From an uncultured virus (IMG/VR IMGVR_UViG_3300027708_000061) (lineage: Duplodnaviria; Heunggongvirae; Uroviricota; Caudoviricetes), in the IMG/VR virus record IMGVR_UViG_3300027708_000061: DNA of 20,000 nucleotides. The stretch is one strand, 5' to 3'. Of the stretch, positions 7,441 to 16,432 are shown in pieces; within the stretch, counting starts at the first letter, position 1, and every line of letters starts with the position of its first letter. A program made the position numbers and the translations under genes. The notes under the pieces were generated by a model. The model saw only the letters and a list, made by a program, of their open reading frames with translations. It had not been told where the DNA came from and searched no databases.

Positions 7441-9458
7441 TTGGCTTCTCCCCATTTGTTTACTACCTTTGGCTCTGTGATTAATGGAACGTTTAATACG
7501 TTCAATCTTATACCCTCCATAGAGATTTTGATTGCCTCCGCAGCCTCCTCAGCGAGTTCATCGGGTGCAATGGTTACTAACTCGTCATGGACAGTAAGCA
7601 CAACATTTATGCGAGGTTCATTAACAAAACAAGAATGGGCACGAACAAGTGCTAACTTCATGATGTCAGCGGCTGAACCTTGGATGACTGTGTTAAACGC
7701 TTGGCGTTCAGCACGAGACAATAGTCCTTGGTCTTTACTTAGTAGGTCGGGGATGTAGCGACGGCGACCAAAGATAGTTTCTACAAATGGAATTGGTCCA
7801 GACTGTTTAGCAAACCGAACTACCTTGGCTTTGTACTTTGGAATGCTGGAGAACTTTGCCTCAAAGTCACGGAGCAACTTCTTAGCCTCAGTAACAGTAC
7901 AACCAATGGAACTAGCAATCTTGTCTGGTCCTACTCCATAAGAGATAGCAAGTACAAGAACCTTACCAGCCTTGCGGTCTACGCCCATGGTGTCACCAAT
8001 GGTGGTATAGATGTCGCCACCAGTTAAGTAGTTGTTTATGAGGATTGGGTCTTGGCTAAATGAAGCGATGATGCGTGGCTCAATTTGTGAGTAGTCAGCA
8101 ACAATAAGTTTGTGTCCTGGGGGAGCAACGAATAGGTCACGAACTAGTTTTCCGTAGTCTCCAGAAGAGGGTATGTTCTGGAGGTTAGGTTCACTGGAGG
8201 AGAATCTACCTGTCTCAGCCCCGTGAGACTTGAAGTTGGTGTGGACACGACCATTAATAAGTAGTGACTTCCGCATGGTACTAGTCTCTTTACCATTGGT
8301 TACACGCTTAACCATGCCACCTGTGTAAGGAGTTACATAGGTAGTCATAAGTTTGTTTAGGTCTTGATACTCCAGCAGTGCGTCTACTAGGTCATCTTTT
8401 CCTCGGTAATACTCTAGAGCCTCTGCTGATACTGAGAAGTGAGTTTCATTTAGGGCTTCGGATAGGTCTGCGTTTCGAGGCAATGACCTGACAAGTTCCT
8501 TGCCTTTGTCTGTAAGAACATTTGAGTACTTTAGATTTGGGCGACATCTTGGAGCCTTTCCATTTTGAGATGCAAAGAGTAACTTTTGCTTTGTAGGAAC
8601 AGAGTTGATAGGGAATGCTTTACCAGCAATCTTGTACGCCTTAGCCTCAGCAGCAACTTTGTCCTGTTCAATCTGGGTAGCCAAGGTACCTAGCATGTTT
8701 TGGTCAATGTAAGCCCCAGTAAGTTCCATGTCACAGAGTGCGGCAAGAACATCCATTTCTAACTTCCATACCTTTTGCAAGTTACCTGTGATTTTTTCGT
8801 TGAGTACTTTGTATAAGTCCCAAGTTAATTCTGCATCGATGCCAGAATAATTAGCAACATCGCTAAAAGAATGTAGGGCAACATTTTCACCAATACCTTT
8901 GTTCATGTCCACGCCTAGTTCACGCTGTACGCATGCCTTTAGGTTAAGGGCATTCTTGTTTAAATTGTTTACTATGAATGCAGCAGTCAGCGTGTCAAAG
9001 TATGGCTTACTTGGTACACGACCTTTAAAGTATTTGGCTACAGACTTTAAATCAAACTTAGCATTGTGAGCCACCTTTAACTTGTCACTAAACATCAATG
9101 GTTCGATGGCTTTAAATACTTCAGCAGGGTTGAGTTGCTTAGGAGCCTCACCAAACTTAGCCACCCATTTGCGTGTGTCTTTGGAATAGTGGGTGTCTAA
9201 AATTTCTTTGCCTGATGCTAGGCGACGCTGACCCTCAAGTAGCAAAGGCTTATCGTACCCATCAAGTTCCCCGTTAGGGTGACCCATAGGTATTACATCT
9301 GAGCGACCCTCGGTCGCAAAGGAAATCCAGCAGACATCGTTGATGACTGGGTATAGGCGGTCTTCGCCGATTGTTTCTACGTCAAATGCAAAGGCATTGA
9401 CTTTGGAGTAGTACTCCACAAACTCTTGTAACTGTTCAGCAGTTGTAATGATGTTCAT
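7437..9458 (-). CDS. polA: Family A DNA polymerase (3'-5' exonuclease + polymerase; no 5'-3' exonuclease domain)
   Basis: Exo FDVET, HNAKFD, YSGIDA; TGRFSSSEPNLQNIP; motif A ADYSQIEPR; motif B RKAGKVLVLAISYG; motif C VHDEL. Confidence 0.96.
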   Translation of the reverse strand: MNIITTAEQLQEFVEYYSKVNAFAFDVETIGEDRLYPVINDVCWISFATEGRSDVIPMGHPNGELDGYDKPLLLEGQRRLASGKEILDTHYSKDTRKWVAKFGEAPKQLNPAEVFKAIEPLMFSDKLKVAHNAKFDLKSVAKYFKGRVPSKPYFDTLTAAFIVNNLNKNALNLKACVQRELGVDMNKGIGENVALHSFSDVANYSGIDAELTWDLYKVLNEKITGNLQKVWKLEMDVLAALCDMELTGAYIDQNMLGTLATQIEQDKVAAEAKAYKIAGKAFPINSVPTKQKLLFASQNGKAPRCRPNLKYSNVLTDKGKELVRSLPRNADLSEALNETHFSVSAEALEYYRGKDDLVDALLEYQDLNKLMTTYVTPYTGGMVKRVTNGKETSTMRKSLLINGRVHTNFKSHGAETGRFSSSEPNLQNIPSSGDYGKLVRDLFVAPPGHKLIVADYSQIEPRIIASFSQDPILINNYLTGGDIYTTIGDTMGVDRKAGKVLVLAISYGVGPDKIASSIGCTVTEAKKLLRDFEAKFSSIPKYKAKVVRFAKQSGPIPFVETIFGRRRYIPDLLSKDQGLLSRAERQAFNTVIQGSAADIMKLALVRAHSCFVNEPRINVVLTVHDELVTIAPDELAEEAAEAIKISMEGIRLNVLNVPLITEPKVVNKWGEAK

Positions 9459-9475
9459 TGTTCCCTCAGAGATTG

Positions 9476-9522
9476 AAAAAGAGGGCTAAGGCGGAATTGG
9501 AAGTAAAACCTTAGCCCTCTTT
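9476..9522 (-). terminator. Intrinsic-terminator-like hairpin between the SSB and polymerase genes
   Basis: Perfect 14-bp inverted repeat (9478-9491 / 9509-9522) with a 17-nt loop, ending in a T5 run on the minus strand. Confidence 0.7.
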
Positions 9523-9533
9523 AGTGAGTGAGA

Positions 9534-10187
9534 CTAGGAGACTAGTGACCTAGCGATGGTTAGCAGTTCCGCACGAGGGGTTACGTATACTGCACTTGTG
9601 TCGTACTTAGTTGCGTTAGCAACTAGGTCTTCCACATCCTCTTGGTCGAGTTCCCACTCTTCGGCAAGGTCGGTGCCACGAACACGGTCAAGCGTGTAAG
9701 TGGTCTGAGGACCTGAACCCTGACGAGAGATTGCCCAGTAGTACTTGGTCAACGGACCACGCTTGGTATCGTCATTTGCAGCCTTTAACTGGCGTGCCAG
9801 TGTTGGAGGGGCTGTCAAAATCATGACACCTGGCTCCTCGTCCGATAGGACAAGGACATTGAAAGCAAACTTGCCACGTGGCTTGTCGCCTGCAATGGTG
9901 CAGAGAGGGCAGTCATCGCCTAGACATACAAACGACTTCTTGCCATCACGGTCAATCCAGTGCTGGAAGTAAACGGAGAACGGCTCATCCTCTAGAAAGC
10001 GAATGAGTTGGGCTTGCTCAGTAAAGCGGAAGTCACTAGCGTATTCACCAGAATCCTTCTTAGGCTTTAGTAGAGCATCGGCAGCAGCCCATCCTGCTTG
10101 GACGGTTGTGCCGTGTTTCGGAGCAACATCTTCGATGTCGTCCGTCAAGTAATCATCTGCGTCAATGATTGGCTTGTTGATAGTCAT
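9534..10187 (-). CDS. Single-stranded DNA-binding protein, T4 gp32-like
   Basis: LIRFL.DEP...QHW...SFVCLGDDCPLC...ISRQGSG.QTTY; lies just upstream of the polymerase. ATG 10187 follows AAGGAG (the track start 10280 is too long). Confidence 0.75.
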   Translation of the reverse strand: MTINKPIIDADDYLTDDIEDVAPKHGTTVQAGWAAADALLKPKKDSGEYASDFRFTEQAQLIRFLEDEPFSVYFQHWIDRDGKKSFVCLGDDCPLCTIAGDKPRGKFAFNVLVLSDEEPGVMILTAPPTLARQLKAANDDTKRGPLTKYYWAISRQGSGPQTTYTLDRVRGTDLAEEWELDQEDVEDLVANATKYDTSAVYVTPRAELLTIARSLVS

Positions 10188-10212
10188 AATGACCATCTCC
10201 TTATTTGGTAGT

Positions 10213-10255
10213 GAGCCTTGCGGTCTCGGTTGGTTATGAGGTCGGGTGACTCTCA
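10213..10255 (-). promoter_or_regulatory. Tandem bulged-A hairpins in the SSB leader (candidate operator)
   Basis: mRNA sense: TGAG-A-GTC-ACCC-GAC-CTCA and GAG-A-CC-GCAA-GG-CTC, upstream of the SD. Confidence 0.4.
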
Positions 10256-10732
10256 GGGTTTCTCCACGGATTCTTTCCAACGCTTTACTATTGCGTCAGT
10301 CAAGTCTTCGTGTTTACTCCATTCTATACGAGCGGAGCCGAGAAGTCCACGTTGGTTAAACTCTTGAATAGCAATTTCAATTAGTTCACGAGTATAAACT
10401 CGATTACCATTTACTTTATTCCCATTCAAACTTTTTGAACGTAGGCGGTAGGGAGCGTTAGGAAAAAATCCTTTCTTCTCCCAGAATCGGATAGTGACAA
10501 CTTGTTTCTCTAATGCTAGTGCTAGTGCACCAACAGTAAATAACTCTGTCTCTGCTCCCTTGATGACTTTAATGATTGGGGATTTATCCCAACCATTAGA
10601 TTCACCAAGAATTTTGGCACGGATTTTCTGGGACTTCTCAGTCACAGTACGTCTAGGTTGTTTAGACCCAGGAGCGAGATTCAAACCCTCAAATGCTTTA
10701 AGGATTTCTTTATCGCTGCGTAATCCAGCCAT
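10253..10732 (-). CDS. MerR-like winged HTH DNA-binding protein
   Basis: LFTVGALALALEKQVVTIRFWEKKGFFP...NRVYT; ATG 10732 follows the upstream stop (track start 10768). Confidence 0.8.
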   Translation of the reverse strand: MAGLRSDKEILKAFEGLNLAPGSKQPRRTVTEKSQKIRAKILGESNGWDKSPIIKVIKGAETELFTVGALALALEKQVVTIRFWEKKGFFPNAPYRLRSKSLNGNKVNGNRVYTRELIEIAIQEFNQRGLLGSARIEWSKHEDLTDAIVKRWKESVEKP

Positions 10733-10740
10733 TAAATCTA

Positions 10741-11184
10741 TTACTTCTTTTTGGTAGTTAGAGCCCAAACAATTTTTGCAGGGAACATCTCGTCGATTTC
10801 GTCTTCTGAAATCTTTCCCTCATAATGAGCAGCCATCAAAGCGTCCTCATTAATGACTCGCTTCATCTCATAGACAGTGCCTTCAAGTTGCTTCTCAGCA
10901 ATGATTTCATCTGCTTTGGTCTCGTCAATCTTGCGAGTTACTCGACGCTGCTTTTCTAGGCGTACTACCTCTTCAATGGTGGATGCTAGTTCAAGGATTA
11001 CGTTACCCTTGTCGTCTTCAAAACCATTCTCGTCAATCTTTTCAAACAACTTCTCACGAAGTTCTTTCTGACGGGTCTCTAGGACTTCCATTGTTGATTT
11101 AAGTTTGATGTACTCACGTACCTGTGACTCTAGGTCATCTGGACCTGAGAAACGTACGCCCTCTTCTGGTGCTGTGTTTGCCAA
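10741..11184 (-). CDS. Charged coiled-coil phage hypothetical protein
   Basis: TTG start with AGGAG SD; E/K-rich N-terminal coiled coil. Confidence 0.75.
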   Translation of the reverse strand: MANTAPEEGVRFSGPDDLESQVREYIKLKSTMEVLETRQKELREKLFEKIDENGFEDDKGNVILELASTIEEVVRLEKQRRVTRKIDETKADEIIAEKQLEGTVYEMKRVINEDALMAAHYEGKISEDEIDEMFPAKIVWALTTKKK

Positions 11185-11194
11185 TTTATTTCTC

Positions 11195-12748
11195 CTAAAT
11201 TAATTTGGTTGTTAGGAAGTCTATAAGACTACCCACAGTTAAGTCAACCCCACCCTTGGAATTAATTCCAGAGCCATCAAGGATTGCTCCTGCAACATTT
11301 CCTTTTTGCTTTAGCATGTCGTACTGCCTCTGCTCAATGGAGCCTGCCACAAGTATGTCTTGCACAGTGATTACTTCCCACTCTGATGATGTGCGGTTGA
11401 TTCTACCATTGCGTTGGACGGAAAGTCCAGCAGACCATGGCTGGTCATAGTTTACTAAAAGATTACCTTGAGGCAAATCCACCCCATAGCCACCAGCGTC
11501 ACTAGATACCAGAACACGAACGTCTTGCTCGGTCTGAAAGGATACTTTGGCTGACTCTTTTTGTTTGGCATTCATCTCTCCTGTATAGGCTACTGCTCCA
11601 TAGCCTGAATCGTTTAAAGATTTTGTAATGGCACTAACTGAATCTAAATACGAAGTAAATACTACAGCCTTGTAGGTGTTGTCTATGTCTAAATGGTCTT
11701 TAAGGTAAGCAATAAGCGTGTCTTGTTTTGGCGTTTTTGCTACGCCCTCTAACTGCTCCAGGATGGAATGAATGTAGGCACTGCCTTTGCCTGTGTGCTT
11801 CTCAAAATTAGCCGCACTGTTATGGAGTAAGAAAGGATTTGAACACAGCATTCGTAGTGCGGTTATTCGGGACATGACTTCACCACGAATCTGATTGGCT
11901 GGGTCATTAGCGTCATAGGTTTGTCCATAGTGAGCGGCAATGTTGAAGTTGCTTCCCAATAGTTCTTTAGCCTCCATAAGAACCCTGTATAAATCTTTGG
12001 CTATGTGGTCGTACAGTTGTTGGCTCTTGCGGTCTAACTTCACAATGATTGGGTCTCGGTACACGGCATCAGGTAGGTACGGCTTAACGTCTTCATCCTT
12101 CTGTGCTTTACGGACTGCGTGGTCCATTAAAGTCTTATGGAGCAAAGGAAGATTGCGGTATCTCTGAACCCCACCAAAGTGATTGCGGACTATGAATGTC
12201 TTGTCAAAGATGTCAAAGCGACCTAAAGCCTGTGGATTTACAAACTGCATGATGGAGAAGATTTCTTCTGGTCTACCATTCTCAATAGGTGTGCCAGTTA
12301 AGGCGTATCTTATTGGAATTCTTTTAGCCAAGTCTTTAACTCGCTTGGCTCTCTTAGCCCTAAATCCTTTGATAGCGGTTGCCTCGTCACAGACCACAGC
12401 ATTGAACTCGATGTTCTTAATGACATCCCAATCGTTAACTACTTGTTCGTAGTTCATGATTACATACTTATGTTCGAACATTTGTTCGTATTGTTTGCTT
12501 CGTTGAGTTGATGTTCCGTCTATGACTATGGAGGTACTGTCTGAGAACTTGGCTATTTCTTTTTGCCATTGGTATTTCAAACTGGCTAGGCAAAGTACCA
12601 AAGTTAGTTTAGGTGACTGCTTTTCAATAGCAGCAATGGTCATAGGTGTTTTACCAAGACCCATTTCATACGCAACAAGAACTTGCTTCTTAGCCACCAT
12701 CTTGGCGACAGCGTCAACCTGATACGGTTTCAGTGTTCCTTGAAACAT
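11195..12748 (-). CDS. SNF2-family (SF2) helicase/ATPase
   Basis: LKPYQ, YEMGLGKT, VCDEAT, LTGTP.EN, GYGVDL, QRNGRINR; ATG 12748 follows GGAG. Confidence 0.92.
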   Translation of the reverse strand: MFQGTLKPYQVDAVAKMVAKKQVLVAYEMGLGKTPMTIAAIEKQSPKLTLVLCLASLKYQWQKEIAKFSDSTSIVIDGTSTQRSKQYEQMFEHKYVIMNYEQVVNDWDVIKNIEFNAVVCDEATAIKGFRAKRAKRVKDLAKRIPIRYALTGTPIENGRPEEIFSIMQFVNPQALGRFDIFDKTFIVRNHFGGVQRYRNLPLLHKTLMDHAVRKAQKDEDVKPYLPDAVYRDPIIVKLDRKSQQLYDHIAKDLYRVLMEAKELLGSNFNIAAHYGQTYDANDPANQIRGEVMSRITALRMLCSNPFLLHNSAANFEKHTGKGSAYIHSILEQLEGVAKTPKQDTLIAYLKDHLDIDNTYKAVVFTSYLDSVSAITKSLNDSGYGAVAYTGEMNAKQKESAKVSFQTEQDVRVLVSSDAGGYGVDLPQGNLLVNYDQPWSAGLSVQRNGRINRTSSEWEVITVQDILVAGSIEQRQYDMLKQKGNVAGAILDGSGINSKGGVDLTVGSLIDFLTTKLI

Positions 12749-13721
12749 AAGCCTGTTCTCCAAGTATTGAGGGTTTAGCGGTTGCTATTCCCCAAAGTAT
12801 CTCTTCATCTGTCATCTCACCTGGGTCTTTCTTTTCAGAAGTTCCATAGTTAAAAAAGAATAGATTCATTCCGTATTGACGTGCGTACTTACGGAACTCT
12901 TCACAACCTTTACGCCCTGCCTTATCAAAGTTTGGATTGTCTAAAGCAATGATTATTTTATCCGAGGCTCTGATGAGTTTGATTTGTTCTTCCGAAACAG
13001 ACGCTCCACAGATTGCCACCGCTCCATCAATTCCAGCAGAAGCCATACGGACGCAATCAAGGGGAGACTCCACAACAAATACAACATCTTTATTTTGGTT
13101 CTCGATTCCGAATAATGTCCTGGACTTATGTAGTCCTACTGGGCGGTTTTTAAAGGTACGGTCAATTGTACCCTTTTCCTGCCAACCCAGCAGGGTATGT
13201 GTATCGGGGTCTCGAAGTGGAAGTATCCAAGTCTTGGTGGCAGGCTCCCACATTACGGAGTATCTATGGACCTCCACAGGGGAAAGGGACCTACCCTCCA
13301 TAGCCTCCATAGGAGGGGCAGTAAACACGGCTAATCTAGCCTCTGACATTTGTATTGGCTTAGGTGAAGGCAGAATGTAGGTCGGTAATCTCTTTACCAT
13401 CTCCACAAGAACTTCGATAGGAACTTCAGCAACGCTGGCAATCCAAGCCTCGGCTGCCTTGTAGTCGTACTCTGTACGGACATCCCAGACCTCTATGTAA
13501 AAGTCTTTTATGTCACAGACTAACTGGACTAAGTTACCTTTGTATCCACAAGAGAAGCAAGTGTGCATGCCTGACTCAAGGTTTATCCACCACGAAGGCG
13601 AATGGTCTTCTTTGCCTGTGCGTTCTTTATGCATAGGGCATAGAGCGTTAGCCTCTGCACCACGCTCGGAATAGTCCATGCCTAAAGCGGCTAGGACTGT
13701 TGGAATGTCAAAGGTTTTCAA
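12714..13721 (-). CDS. dnaG: DNA primase (CHC2 zinc finger + TOPRIM)
   Basis: CPMH...DHSPSW...CFSCG; VVESPLD; IIIALDN...DKAG. Probable TTG start at 13721 overlaps the helicase TGA (track start 13754). Confidence 0.88.
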   Translation of the reverse strand: MKTFDIPTVLAALGMDYSERGAEANALCPMHKERTGKEDHSPSWWINLESGMHTCFSCGYKGNLVQLVCDIKDFYIEVWDVRTEYDYKAAEAWIASVAEVPIEVLVEMVKRLPTYILPSPKPIQMSEARLAVFTAPPMEAMEGRSLSPVEVHRYSVMWEPATKTWILPLRDPDTHTLLGWQEKGTIDRTFKNRPVGLHKSRTLFGIENQNKDVVFVVESPLDCVRMASAGIDGAVAICGASVSEEQIKLIRASDKIIIALDNPNFDKAGRKGCEEFRKYARQYGMNLFFFNYGTSEKKDPGEMTDEEILWGIATAKPSILGEQAYVSRNTETVSG

Positions 13722-14968
13722 GGCTTGATTCCATACACGGTGCAGTAAGAACACTTGGCTGATTCGTCATGGAAACATCCTGTCTCCCAATTCCAAGTAA
13801 TGCTGGTCTCGGATGGCGGACAGTTACGAGCCTGAACAACTTTTAGTAGACGAACTTTATCGTCTTCTTCTACCTCTTCTAAACCTAGGATGACATCCGA
13901 GTCTTGAAAGAATGATGACGAGTAACCAATGGAGTCCGCAGTTACTTTACCGCCACGCATCTTCCATAACAAGGTCTGTGTGCTGATGATTACTGGGATG
14001 TCTAGGCGTTGAGCGACACGCTTTAGGGCACGGGTGATGTTGGTCAAAGCCTGTGGAGTATTTGCCTCACCTGTTACTTGGTCAAGCATCAGGTATACGC
14101 CGTCAACAAACAACACATCAGGCTTTAGTTGTTCTGCCTTTGCCATCAGTGAATCTACTGTTAAACCGTTAACGGCATCCACGAAGTGGAATGGATGCTT
14201 AATCTTTAGCCCATCAATAGTTTTGATTAATCGTTCTTCTTCTTGAGTGTTAAGGTTTCCAAGACGCAGTCTTGCGTTTGAAACGTTCGATGCCATGGAG
14301 TAATAGCGTTGAGTCTGCTCGTGGTTGTTCATCTCAAAGGATTGGAACATTGGAGTAAGCCCAGCGTTATGAACATTAGTAGCCATACGTAAGCAAATCT
14401 GTGACTTACCTGTCTTAGGTGGAGCGATAACAGTAATCAACTGACCACCCTGTAGCCCTGCAGTAGCCTTATCTATCTTGTCAAAGCCCGTAGGAACCCC
14501 AAGGAGGACCGAGTTCTGCACGCTTTGGTATTCATCCCAAAACTTATCTGGGTCCTTGGTGAGGTCTAGGTGAGTTGTTCCAATGACACCTTGAGCGTTT
14601 ACCACTGTGACAGTGTTGCTCATTTCTGACAGAGCAGCCTCGTGGTCATTCTGTTGGACTAATTCGATTACGTTCTCGATACCGTTACGGGTCAGGGTAC
14701 GGCGACGGAATGAAACCATCTGGTCAATCAAATAATCGATAGTGTCTTCGACATTTTTTAGGATTTTAAAGTTAGGGAAGTTGTCATGGACGGCTATGTG
14801 TGTAGGCACTTCACGGTAGTTAGAGTAGTGCTCACGAACAAACTTCCAAACTCGACGTAGGTCACTATCAACAAACCATTCGTCTTTGATGCCTTGCTCA
14901 ATAACCCTGACAATGTCACGGTCCATGATGACTTTACTTACAAGTCTGTGTTCGTTATCGTAAGCCAT
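13718..14968 (-). CDS. dnaB: DnaB-like replicative helicase
   Basis: GVPTGF..ID..T.GL..GQL, Walker A APPKTGKS, SFEM, LFVDG, SSFFQDSD, ARN. Confidence 0.93.
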   Translation of the reverse strand: MAYDNEHRLVSKVIMDRDIVRVIEQGIKDEWFVDSDLRRVWKFVREHYSNYREVPTHIAVHDNFPNFKILKNVEDTIDYLIDQMVSFRRRTLTRNGIENVIELVQQNDHEAALSEMSNTVTVVNAQGVIGTTHLDLTKDPDKFWDEYQSVQNSVLLGVPTGFDKIDKATAGLQGGQLITVIAPPKTGKSQICLRMATNVHNAGLTPMFQSFEMNNHEQTQRYYSMASNVSNARLRLGNLNTQEEERLIKTIDGLKIKHPFHFVDAVNGLTVDSLMAKAEQLKPDVLFVDGVYLMLDQVTGEANTPQALTNITRALKRVAQRLDIPVIISTQTLLWKMRGGKVTADSIGYSSSFFQDSDVILGLEEVEEDDKVRLLKVVQARNCPPSETSITWNWETGCFHDESAKCSYCTVYGIKP

Positions 14969-14985
14969 TTTACCCTCGTTCTTTT

Positions 14986-15405
14986 TTAAAGATTATTTAG
15001 TTCTACACCATAGGAGCCGTATCGTGCAACACGTTCTTGCACATCAACTACTCCCTTTAGGTTTGCACGGTATGGAAGCACCGAGATTAGTTCCTCAATG
15101 TCTGCGTAAACTTCTGCGTAGTTAAAAGGATTTGAAACTCTTCTTTCCAATTTTTCCATTACTTCTTCTAGCGTTTCCTGAGTCCAACCATCGCTGGCAA
15201 AAGCCGCTAACTCTATTGACAACCCATACTTGTTACCCAAGTTCCATAACTGAGAAACGTTTTTCAAGTCAATAGTTTTTACTCTTTGAATCTGTTCTTT
15301 TCTTAGAAATCCTTTGTTGACTTCCTCAGTTACTACAGTTCCAACAACATCAATTACAACAACAATCTTTGGGGATGTCTCGTTGGAGATGTCGCCACCT
15401 CTCAC
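14986..15405 (-). CDS. Phage hypothetical protein (possibly a degenerate HAD-like alpha/beta fold)
   Basis: GTGA overlap start; IVVVIDVV beta-strand ending in Asp. The fold call is weak. Confidence 0.65.
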   Translation of the reverse strand: MRGGDISNETSPKIVVVIDVVGTVVTEEVNKGFLRKEQIQRVKTIDLKNVSQLWNLGNKYGLSIELAAFASDGWTQETLEEVMEKLERRVSNPFNYAEVYADIEELISVLPYRANLKGVVDVQERVARYGSYGVELNNL

Positions 15406-15707
15406 AGGACTATTACTTTGGCGTGTTTAACTACAAAGTTACGCCATTCCTCAGCAGTACTTATGTCTCTGGCATCTTCGGTTGCTGTGGCTGGTATCTG
15501 GATAGCGTAGTGACCTGAGTTATTGTCCATAGCGTTTTTGACATAACGGATGTGCCTGCACTTGGATGAATTAGCGTAGGTGTTGCAAGAGCAAGATAAC
15601 TTCTTTGAGTTTGTATTGCTTACTTGAACCTCAAACACGCCAGTCATTTCTTCATCTAGGAAGATTTGGACTGTACGCCATTCGCTTTCCATACTAGAAC
15701 CTTTCAA
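15402..15707 (-). CDS. SWIM zinc finger protein
   Basis: FEV...LSCSCNTYANSSKCRHI fits CxC-xn-CxH. Confidence 0.85.
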   Translation of the reverse strand: MKGSSMESEWRTVQIFLDEEMTGVFEVQVSNTNSKKLSCSCNTYANSSKCRHIRYVKNAMDNNSGHYAIQIPATATEDARDISTAEEWRNFVVKHAKVIVL

Positions 15708-16432
15708 TTTGACCTCCGTAGGTCAGTTCTATTATCCAACGTAACTTGTCTAAAAGCCTCGTAAGCGAATGAGCCCATGGCATCCTTGTACTGTTTGCCC
15801 CAGTTTTCTATAAGAACATTTGTGGTAACTATGTTTGGAATGGCTTTGTCATAGCGTGAGCGTAAGATTTCATCAAAGGCAGCGTCATTAAAAGTCGAGC
15901 CGTATTCTTTGCCTAGGTCATCAAGAACTAGGATACGAACGTTGAGTCTGTCGTCCTTGGCACGACCGTGAAGACCTTCCATTTCGTCAATAAGTCTTTG
16001 ACGTTCCTCGTCACGGGCATCAAAGATTGCTTTCTTACGATTGAACAAGTCAGGGAAAGTCAAGTAGTAGATTGGGCGACACTTACGGCTCAAGTCCTCT
16101 AACTTGTAACCAAGTATCTTGGCGATTTCTTCCTCATCTTCAGGAAGATTTCTAATGAATTCCATGATTGTAGTTACAGCATGAGTAGTCTTGCCACGAC
16201 CTGGAGGTCCATCAAACCCTAGTCCTACTCCAGTAGTTCCTAAACCACCTTGGCACTTGATGATTTTGCCAGACAAGGCTTGAGTTAGCCAATGTTCAAC
16301 TTCTTTTGGAAATACACCTAGGTCTCTTTGGATGTCTTCTTTGCCCCATCCAAAAAACCTTTCAGGAATGTTTGAGTTATGCATAATCCAAGCACGCTTC
16401 ATCGGGGATAAAGAGTTTAAATCATAGGGCAC
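15704..16432 (-). CDS. DnaC/IstB-like AAA+ helicase loader
   Basis: SNIPERF, GPPGRGKT, ILVLDDLGKE, ILRSRY, IVTTN; GTG 16432 follows GGAG (track start 16522). Confidence 0.88.
   Translation of the reverse strand: MPYDLNSLSPMKRAWIMHNSNIPERFFGWGKEDIQRDLGVFPKEVEHWLTQALSGKIIKCQGGLGTTGVGLGFDGPPGRGKTTHAVTTIMEFIRNLPEDEEEIAKILGYKLEDLSRKCRPIYYLTFPDLFNRKKAIFDARDEERQRLIDEMEGLHGRAKDDRLNVRILVLDDLGKEYGSTFNDAAFDEILRSRYDKAIPNIVTTNVLIENWGKQYKDAMGSFAYEAFRQVTLDNRTDLRRSN

Noticed and set aside
10188..10280. N-terminal extension of the SSB given by the ORF track
   Set aside because: It overlaps the upstream gene, and a strong SD precedes the ATG at 10187; the region is better read as a leader.
5595..14968. Inteins, introns, frameshifts or stop-codon recoding in RecA, PolA, SNF2 or DnaB
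   Set aside because: The ORFs are continuous, of normal length and lack splice motifs; TAA, TAG and TGA all act as stops.
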